Shown here in pieces: positions 57,214-64,000 of a stretch of 64,000 nt of DNA. Source of the stretch: Candidatus Entotheonellaceae bacterium. GTDB taxonomy: Bacteria > Tectomicrobia > Entotheonellia > Entotheonellales > Entotheonellaceae. Positions within the stretch are counted from its first letter, which is position 1; the number at the start of each line of letters is the position of its first letter. Location of the stretch: the NCBI GenBank assembly GCA_965238075.1, contig OZ250173.1:3072001-3136000 (forward strand), in the 5' to 3' direction. A program made the translations under genes and the position numbers. The notes beneath the pieces were generated by a model that saw nothing but the letters and a program-made list of their open reading frames with translations, was not told the DNA's origin and made no database searches.

Positions 57214-58284
57214 ATGGAACCGACAGTGGCAGTTTTTATCTTTACGGCATTGCGATTCCTTGCGGTGCTTGGAGCCCTCATCGCCGTGCATGAGTTCGGT
57301 CATTTCATCGTGGCCAAGAAATCCGGCGTGCTTGTCGAACGATTTTCTATTGGATTTGGGCCGCCAATCTGGCGCAAGAAATCGGGTGACACGGAATACC
57401 GCCTTTCGGTAATCCCGTTGGGTGGCTACGTCAAGATGTACGGAGAGGATTTGGATGCCGAAATCAAGGAGAGCGAACGAGAGGGGTCGTTTCAACATCA
57501 ATCGGTGTGGAAACGGATTCCGATTGTAGCGGCAGGTCCGGCATTCAACATTTTCTTTGCGATTGCTCTCATCGCCTTTGTCCAGGTGGTTGGCTATCCG
57601 GTGGAGCAGTCGGTCCATATCGGCCGCATTCTCGAGGGTTCGGCGGCGGCCGAGGCTGGATTGCAAGCGGACGACGAGGTAATCAGGCTGAATGGCCAAG
57701 TCATCAGGCGAATTGAAGATCTCAAGCAACAAATCGTGGCAAGCAGGGGTAGCACGCTTTCCATGCAAATTACTCGAAACGGGCAGGAGCAAAGTCTTCT
57801 CATAACCCCACGCCAGGTTCAGGATGCTGAGGAATGGCGTATTGGCGTGGAACTGCGTCCGGGTAATTTCGTCTTGCAGCGCACCGATCCGTTTTCGGCG
57901 CTCGTTCGCGGTTGCGTTTGGACTTGGCGGATAACGCAGTTGACGTTCACAGGCTTCGGACAGATCATCTCCGGTGCCATCCCGGTTTCGGAAAGTCTTG
58001 CAGGTCCGCTCGGTATTGCGCAGGAAATTAGCCGACAGGCTGACAATGGTTGGCGCAATGTGGTCTTTCTGACCGCTGCCATCAGCGTAAGTTTGGCTAT
58101 TTTGAACCTTCTTCCCATTCCTGTCCTTGATGGTGGCCACTTGCTCTTTTTCGTGATCGAAATCGTTCAAGGAGGGCCTCTCAGCGTGCGCAAACGGGAG
58201 ATTGCTCACCAAGTAGGACTGGTGATATTGGTGTGCCTGATGCTCTTTGCTTTCTACAACGACCTCATGCGTTTGTTCTCCTGA
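57214..58284 (+). CDS. rseP: RIP metalloprotease RseP
   Basis: HEFGH, FSIGFG, PLGGYVKM, one PDZ, NLLPIPVLDGGH. Confidence 0.96.
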   Translation: MEPTVAVFIFTALRFLAVLGALIAVHEFGHFIVAKKSGVLVERFSIGFGPPIWRKKSGDTEYRLSVIPLGGYVKMYGEDLDAEIKESEREGSFQHQSVWKRIPIVAAGPAFNIFFAIALIAFVQVVGYPVEQSVHIGRILEGSAAAEAGLQADDEVIRLNGQVIRRIEDLKQQIVASRGSTLSMQITRNGQEQSLLITPRQVQDAEEWRIGVELRPGNFVLQRTDPFSALVRGCVWTWRITQLTFTGFGQIISGAIPVSESLAGPLGIAQEISRQADNGWRNVVFLTAAISVSLAILNLLPIPVLDGGHLLFFVIEIVQGGPLSVRKREIAHQVGLVILVCLMLFAFYNDLMRLFS

Positions 58285-58439
58285 TGATGTTGTTGTCGGG
58301 TGCATGCGAATACGCAGTCATTTTTCGACGGAGCGGACTTTTCTCTTGCAGTAGAATAAGGCATTTGCCATACTCACCAACCACCTTTTCAATACCTTAG
58401 ACAGCATATCGGCCTATAGCATCACCTTAATGAGCCCTC

Positions 58440-58907
58440 ATGCAACGCGAAACATTGTCTCAACACGTTAGTGAAGCGATAAAACCTTTCCTCGATGCCC
58501 AAGGTGTCGAGTTTGTTGAATTGCAACTGCAACAACATAAGGGCCGATGGTTGGTACGAGTCTTCGTGGATAATAACGGTGGCATATCATTGGAAGATTG
58601 CCGCATTCTAAGTTTTGAGATCGGTCAGTTATTGGATGCAGAGAACCTGGTTCCGGCATCATATGTGCTCGAAGTATCTTCTCCCGGTTTAGACAGGCCC
58701 TTGAAAAATTTGCGGGACTTCCGACGCCAATGCCAGCGTATGGTGACTGTATTCTTGCATTCTCCATATCTGGATAAGGCTCAGTATACTGGCCGGGTGG
58801 CCGCAGTAACGGAATCGCATCTCTTTCTGCACAGCGACACCGAAGCGCCGATTACGATCCCATTTCAATCTATCGACCATGGGGTTGTCGAATTGGAGTT
58901 CAAATGA
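58440..58907 (+). CDS. rimP: Ribosome maturation factor RimP
   Basis: GISLEDC, YVLEVSSPGLDRPL; first gene of the nusA-infB operon. Confidence 0.95.
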   Translation: MQRETLSQHVSEAIKPFLDAQGVEFVELQLQQHKGRWLVRVFVDNNGGISLEDCRILSFEIGQLLDAENLVPASYVLEVSSPGLDRPLKNLRDFRRQCQRMVTVFLHSPYLDKAQYTGRVAAVTESHLFLHSDTEAPITIPFQSIDHGVVELEFK

Positions 58908-58973
58908 GCGTGTCCGGTTTTGAACGGGTCTCATGCAAAGTGCAGCCTGATGCCTAGGAGGAATGCATAGCTT

Positions 58974-60155
58974 GTGAATCCAGAACTGTTACGTCTCATT
59001 GATCAGATCAGTCGTGAAAAGGGAATAGAGAAAGAGACCCTGGTCGAGGCGATCGTCTCGGCCGTCCTGTCAGCCGGTCGTAAACGATTCGGCACGGCTG
59101 ACAACATGGGGGTGCGCCTGGATGAGGAAACGGGTGCCATTACCCTGTACTTTGAGAGGAAAGTCGTTCCGGTGTCGGATGTTTCTGATGACACGCTTGA
59201 GATCAGCCTTGAAGACGCCAGAGAGATGTATCCGGACGCGAATTTGGATGAAACCGTTGAAGTCCCGTACGAACTTGAAGATTTTGGCCGCATCGCAGCA
59301 CAGACAGCAAAACAGGTGATTATTCAGAAAGTCCGTGAAGCCGAACGCGACATGGTCTATCGCGAGTTCAAGCATCGCCAGGGCGATCTCGTGAATGGGA
59401 TCGTCACGCGGGTAGAGCGAGAGGATAACTTGATGGTTGACCTCGGCAAGACGGAAGCTCTTTTGCCGCGCCGAGAACAATCTTTTCGCGAGGTCTTCAA
59501 GCGAGGTGACCGAATCCGGGCGCATATTATTGAGGTCAAACGCTCTTCAAGCGGGCCTCAGGTCATTCTTTCCCGTACGCACCCTGTTTTCCTGATGCGC
59601 CTGTTTGAAATGGAAGTGCCAGAAATTTACGAAGGAATCATTGAGATCAAGGCCGCCGCGAGGGATGCCAGCGGCCGGGCAAAGATCGCCGTCATGTCTC
59701 ATGATAAGGACATCGACCCCATTGGCGCCTGCGTGGGTATGCGGGGCATGCGTGTGCAGTCTGTTGTGCAAGAACTGCGGGGGGAAAAGATCGATATCGT
59801 GCAATGGACGGAAGACGCCGTGCAATTCGTGCACAATGCTCTCAGCCCCGCCAAGGCGGTGCGGATAGAGGCGGACGAAGCTGAGAAAACAATGCAGGTC
59901 CTCGTTGCGGAAGACCAATTATCTCTGGCCATCGGCAAGCGCGGCCAAAACGTTCGTTTGGCAGCAAAGCTCACACAATGGAAAATCGATATCAGGAATG
60001 CTCAGGGGGCTGAATCGGACAGCCAGCGTCAGGAAGCTTTACGCCTTGCGGAAAGCGTCTTCCAGCCTGCCAAGGCTGTGGACAAAGAAGATGCTTCGGC
60101 GGCAGAGGAACAGAGCGAAGCCTCACCCCCAAACACGTTGTCTCCTGAGTGCTGA
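58974..60155 (+). CDS. nusA: Transcription factor NusA
   Basis: FGRIAAQTAKQV, LSRT, DPIGACVG, LAIGKRGQNVRLA. Confidence 0.97.
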   Translation: MNPELLRLIDQISREKGIEKETLVEAIVSAVLSAGRKRFGTADNMGVRLDEETGAITLYFERKVVPVSDVSDDTLEISLEDAREMYPDANLDETVEVPYELEDFGRIAAQTAKQVIIQKVREAERDMVYREFKHRQGDLVNGIVTRVEREDNLMVDLGKTEALLPRREQSFREVFKRGDRIRAHIIEVKRSSSGPQVILSRTHPVFLMRLFEMEVPEIYEGIIEIKAAARDASGRAKIAVMSHDKDIDPIGACVGMRGMRVQSVVQELRGEKIDIVQWTEDAVQFVHNALSPAKAVRIEADEAEKTMQVLVAEDQLSLAIGKRGQNVRLAAKLTQWKIDIRNAQGAESDSQRQEALRLAESVFQPAKAVDKEDASAAEEQSEASPPNTLSPEC

Positions 60156-60255
60156 GGAAGAACATTCAAAGCCGTAAGACGAAATCAGAGGCACGGCGTG
60201 TCGCGCATACAAGATGGGATCGATCAAACGGTTTCTGATCATGGCATGAGGACGT

Positions 60256-60843
60256 ATGCCTCCAGAACGCACCTGTATCGGATGCAAAGCCAAGCGAGGC
60301 CAAACCGAATTGCTTCGCCTTGTATGTGCTGCTAGCGGCGAAGTGGTGTTTGACCACACAGGACGTGCTCCGGGGAGAGGGACTTACGTCTGCTGTGACG
60401 CACGATGCTTTCGTAGGGCCTTCAAGTCCCCACGGCTGACTTCCGTGTTCCAGCGGGCCGTTGTCGTGCCGACGCTTGACGCTGCATGTGGAACAAACCT
60501 GTCATCTCTCTACGACCGTCTCGGTGGCTGCCTCAGTATTGCGCAAAGAGCCGGTGGGTTGGCCTCTGGCTACATGTCGCTGCGTCGGGCGTGCAGCCGG
60601 AGCCGGGTCGTGTACATGGTTGTGGCGGAAAATGCCGCTGCCCAGCGTGCCGCGGAATATCGTGTGTGGTGTGCGGAGCAGGAAGTTCCGTACATTACAC
60701 TGTTTACGAAAGAGGAATTGGGGCGGCGCATCGGTAAGACGAGTCGAAGTGCGGTCGGTTTGTTGAATCCACATTTCCGCGTTTCTTTTTGCGCGACGCT
60801 GACCTTATTGCAGACATTGGAGGCGTCACTGGATTTTCTTTAG
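60256..60843 (+). CDS. YlxR (DUF448) fused to an L7Ae/YlxQ-like domain
   Basis: PERTCIGC..LLRL..GRGTYVC..C (YlxR); LSIAQRAG..SG..TKEELGRRIGKTSRSAVG (L7Ae). Confidence 0.85.
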   Translation: MPPERTCIGCKAKRGQTELLRLVCAASGEVVFDHTGRAPGRGTYVCCDARCFRRAFKSPRLTSVFQRAVVVPTLDAACGTNLSSLYDRLGGCLSIAQRAGGLASGYMSLRRACSRSRVVYMVVAENAAAQRAAEYRVWCAEQEVPYITLFTKEELGRRIGKTSRSAVGLLNPHFRVSFCATLTLLQTLEASLDFL

Positions 60844-60920
60844 GTTAAGGGTGACGTTTGCCGCAATTGAAACAGGCGGCTTAAGGACAAAAGATTTTTT
60901 ATTGCGGGGGGGGGATATGC

Positions 60921-62939
60921 ATGCCGAGTGTAAGAGTCTACGAATTAGCACGGAATTTGGGCATTCCAAGCAAGGATTTTGTTGAAGTACTACGCTCCCA
61001 GGGTATTGAAGTCAAAAGCCATATGAGCGGTCTCGACGAGGAGACAGCCGGCCTTGTATCTGAGCTGTACCGTGAACGAGAAACATCTGACGAGTCAGAT
61101 GTTTCTCCTGCCAGTGATGACTTGACCGCGGAGGTCGAGGCCCCGTCATCGGTTCCCGCAACGCCCAAGCCGGCGGAGCCGAACGGAACAACTGTCGTAA
61201 GGGTGCCCGAAGCCTTAACCGTGAAGGACTTGGTCGACACTGCCCAGGTCAAGGCGAAAGACGTATTCTTGCAGTTGATGAGCTTCGGAACGCTTCCTTC
61301 CATCAACACAGTTATCGACATCGATATTGCCAACAGCGTCTTACTGAATATGGGCAAAAATATCACGCTTGTTTCGGAGCAGGCCGAAACGCTTGAATCC
61401 GTGGGCGACCCTTCTGCATCGGAAGCCCTGGAGCCGCGTGCGCCTGTCGTAACGATTATGGGGCACGTTGACCACGGTAAGACCTCACTACTCGACGCCA
61501 TCCGGGCGGCGAATATCCAGGCCACCGAAGCTGGCGGCATCACGCAGCATATCGGCGCCTACGAGGTTGAGACGGATAAAGGCAAGATTATCTTCCTAGA
61601 CACTCCAGGCCACGAAGCCTTCACGGCCATGCGTGCACGCGGTGCCCAAATTACCGACATAGTTGTGTTGGTGGTGGCGGCGAATGATGGCGTGATGCCG
61701 CAGACGCGCGAGGCTGTTGCCCATGCGCAGGCGGCGAACGTACCTATTGTTGTTGCGATTAACAAGATTGATCTGGAGGATGCCAATCCAGATCGTATCA
61801 AACAACAACTCACCGAATTGGATTTGGTTCCCGAGGAGTGGGGTGGTCATACCATTTTTGTGGAAGTTTCCGCCAAGCAGAAATATGGATTGGATGACCT
61901 GCAGGAAATGCTTTTGCTCCAAGCCGAGATACTGGAATTACGCGCCGATCCGCATCAGATGGCAAAGGGAACAATTATTGAGGCCAGGCTTGACAAGACG
62001 CAAGGTCCCGTTGCGACCGTGCTCATCCAGAAGGGCACGTTAGGGGTCAGTGAGGCATATGTCGCCGGTAACCATTACGGCCGTGTGCGGGCGATGAAAG
62101 ATGATCTGGGGCGGAAGATCAAGGAGGCAGGTCCTTCAACGCCCGTAGAAGTGCTGGGGTTTGCCGCCGTGCCGTCTGCCGGCGACGCTTTCACGGTTGT
62201 TAAAAATGAACGGCGGGCACGTCAGATAAGTAGTGTGAGGCAGGAGAAACAGCGCACAAAACAGCTTTCCCAAAGCGGCAGGGTGACGCTGGACGATCTG
62301 TATCGTCGTATCTCGGCCGGTGAAGTCAAAGATCTGAATTTGGTGATCAAGGGCGATGTTCATGGTTCTATCCAGGCCCTGTGGGATTCACTTTCCAAGT
62401 TGGAGAGCGAGAAGGTCCGGTTGCGTTTGATTCATGGTTCAACAGGCGGCATTACGGAGTCGGATGTCATGCTCGCGTCAGCCTCCAATGCCATCGTAAT
62501 TGGCTTCAATGTTCGTCCGATACCAAAGGCTGCGGAACTAGCTGAACACGAGCAAGTCGATGTTCGTCTCTATACAGTTATCTATGAGGCGATCTCCGAT
62601 GTCGAGAAGGCGATGCTCGGATTGCTGGCTCCCACGTACAACGAAAAAACGCTTGGACGCGCGGAGGTCCGAGCGATCTTCCGCATCACGCGTGTAGGGG
62701 CGGTGGCGGGATGCTACGTGCAGGAGGGCGTCATGCGGCGCAACGCGAAGGCGCGTATTATCCGGGATAGTGTGGTGATCCATGAGGGACGGATCGCTTC
62801 ACTCCGCCGTGTCAAGGACGATATCGAGGAGGTCTCGATGGGCTTCGAATGCGGTGTCGGTTTAGGGCGCTATCAGGACATCAAGGAGGGCGACACGATT
62901 GAGTCCTTTATGTTCGAGGAGATCGCGCCACACCTTTAA
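60921..62939 (+). CDS. infB: Translation initiation factor IF-2
   Basis: [36 protein letters not shown]. Confidence 0.98.
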   Translation: MPSVRVYELARNLGIPSKDFVEVLRSQGIEVKSHMSGLDEETAGLVSELYRERETSDESDVSPASDDLTAEVEAPSSVPATPKPAEPNGTTVVRVPEALTVKDLVDTAQVKAKDVFLQLMSFGTLPSINTVIDIDIANSVLLNMGKNITLVSEQAETLESVGDPSASEALEPRAPVVTIMGHVDHGKTSLLDAIRAANIQATEAGGITQHIGAYEVETDKGKIIFLDTPGHEAFTAMRARGAQITDIVVLVVAANDGVMPQTREAVAHAQAANVPIVVAINKIDLEDANPDRIKQQLTELDLVPEEWGGHTIFVEVSAKQKYGLDDLQEMLLLQAEILELRADPHQMAKGTIIEARLDKTQGPVATVLIQKGTLGVSEAYVAGNHYGRVRAMKDDLGRKIKEAGPSTPVEVLGFAAVPSAGDAFTVVKNERRARQISSVRQEKQRTKQLSQSGRVTLDDLYRRISAGEVKDLNLVIKGDVHGSIQALWDSLSKLESEKVRLRLIHGSTGGITESDVMLASASNAIVIGFNVRPIPKAAELAEHEQVDVRLYTVIYEAISDVEKAMLGLLAPTYNEKTLGRAEVRAIFRITRVGAVAGCYVQEGVMRRNAKARIIRDSVVIHEGRIASLRRVKDDIEEVSMGFECGVGLGRYQDIKEGDTIESFMFEEIAPHL

Positions 62940-62969
62940 ACACCGGCGGCCTCCGAGGCATTTACGATC

Positions 62970-63251
62970 ATGATTATAGGTGTGTGTACGATTGAATTAC
63001 GTTTGCGGGAGACGCGATCCCTCAAGGGTAAGAGACAGATATTGAAAAGTATTACGACGCGCGTCAAAAATAATTTCAATGTGGCGATTGCCGAGGTTGA
63101 TTATCAGGACAAATGGCAGCGCGCCTTATTGGGTGTTGCCGTGGTGAGTACGGCGCACGATCACGCAAACGGCATTCTGAGCAAAGTCGTCAATTTCGTC
63201 GAGTCGATGTATTTGGCTGAAATGCTGGATTATCATATCGAGTTCTGGTAA
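62970..63251 (+). CDS. DUF503 (YlxP) family protein
   Basis: SLKGKR, FNVAIAEV..QDKWQRA; between infB and rbfA. Confidence 0.9.
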   Translation: MIIGVCTIELRLRETRSLKGKRQILKSITTRVKNNFNVAIAEVDYQDKWQRALLGVAVVSTAHDHANGILSKVVNFVESMYLAEMLDYHIEFW

Positions 63252-63257
63252 CCCCCT

Positions 63258-63641
63258 ATGCAAAATTATCGTCCAACGCGCGTGGCGGAATTATTGCAGT
63301 CAGAAATCGCCGACCTCCTGTTGCGTCAACTCAAGGACCCGCGTCTGAGTATGGCGACGATTTCGCGTGTCGATGTGTCGCCGGATTTGCGTGAGGCTCG
63401 CGTGTACGTCAGCAGGGTAGGCGACGAAAACGAGCAGAAGGAAGCCATGGAAGGGTTCGCACGCGCCGTGGGGTTCATTCGGAGTCAATTGGGCAAACGC
63501 GTAAAGTTGCGCCATACGCCCAGTCTAACCTTCATATTAGATACGGCGATCGCCGATGGCGTTAGGATATCGCGGCTTTTGCACGACTTGACCTCTGCTT
63601 CAGTCACAGATGCCGATGAGAGCGATCCGCCGCATGCCTGA
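63258..63641 (+). CDS. rbfA: Ribosome-binding factor A
   Basis: RVAE, KDPRL, VSPDL, GFIRSQLG..LRHTPSLTF..D. Confidence 0.95.
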   Translation: MQNYRPTRVAELLQSEIADLLLRQLKDPRLSMATISRVDVSPDLREARVYVSRVGDENEQKEAMEGFARAVGFIRSQLGKRVKLRHTPSLTFILDTAIADGVRISRLLHDLTSASVTDADESDPPHA

Positions 63642-64000
63642 CGGCATTCTCAGCGTTGATAAACCCCGAGGCATGACATCCCATGACGCCGTGGAGATTG
63701 TGCGGCGGGCGTCGGGTATCCGCGCCGTGGGACACACCGGAACACTGGATCCGGAGGCCAACGGCGTACTCCTTTTGTGCCTTGGGCGGGCGACAAAGTT
63801 CGCCAAGGTCTTTGAAGCGTTGGAAAAAATGTATTGGGTGGTCTTGCAGTTGGGTGCCTGCACGGACACGCAGGACGCCGCAGGCAAGGTTGTTCGCATC
63901 CGAACCGTGCCAGCGTCGCTTTCGCGTGGGGAGGTTGAATCGGTACTGCCGCAGTTCACAGGTTGTCTCAAGCAAACGCCACCCATGTACTCTGCCCTCA
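63634..64000 (+). CDS. truB: tRNA pseudouridine-55 synthase (3'-truncated by the window edge)
   Basis: ATG 63634 reads MPDGILSVDKPRGMTSHD..GHTGTLDP.A.GVL. Not in the ORF track because it runs off the end. Confidence 0.93.
   Translation, partial: MPDGILSVDKPRGMTSHDAVEIVRRASGIRAVGHTGTLDPEANGVLLLCLGRATKFAKVFEALEKMYWVVLQLGACTDTQDAAGKVVRIRTVPASLSRGEVESVLPQFTGCLKQTPPMYSAL

Noticed and set aside
60906-60914. G9 run upstream of infB, and G8 at 16819-16826, as phase-variation tracts
   Set aside because: The G9 overlaps the SD region of an essential gene and the G8 is in frame in an intact gene. There is no evidence of variation.
1-64000. CRISPR array, rRNA, transposase or prophage genes
   Set aside because: No regularly spaced short direct repeats, rRNA-like sequence, or transposase or phage ORFs were seen.

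Overview
A GC-rich bacterial chromosome segment from a diderm (LPS-producing) organism. Gene content is reminiscent of Nitrospinota/Tectomicrobia/deltaproteobacteria-like lineages, but that is inference only. From left to right: (1) 1-6.3 kb nucleotide biosynthesis: histidine phosphatase, purN, pyrG, a CGTC-type REP doublet, and a long PurS-fused purL. (2) 6.3-18.9 kb accessory block running up to the 3' end of tRNA-Val(CAC)/tRNA-Ala(CGC). It holds a Dam-like N6-adenine methyltransferase and a NotI-family endonuclease in the same frame separated by one TGA, a LarA-like and an LLM oxidoreductase, two frameshifted methyltransferases, an orphan YefM-type antitoxin with a TGTACA operator, PaiB, a VOC/small subunit/amidase/BNR cluster, and a divergent ThDP enzyme. 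(3) 19-64 kb mostly core genes: birA, lptF-like, mltG, ruvX, tolC-like, ribF, cmk, rpsA, ihfB, miaA, lgt, thiE, ftsK, dapB, pmtA-like, secA, xerD, glnD, phoH, ybeY, mutS, lolA, rseP, and rimP-nusA-ylxR/L7Ae-infB-ylxP-rbfA-truB. The most unusual items are a receiver-domain-LpxC fusion preceded by a small membrane protein with a degenerate histidine-kinase H-box, a Rieske/split cytochrome b/pentaheme cytochrome c cluster followed by only atpE-atpF, an apparently exported DUF151-PDZ protein, a 195-bp repeat array in the FtsK linker, and the disrupted or recoded MTase-REase junction. All calls come from motif recognition by eye; no searches were run.
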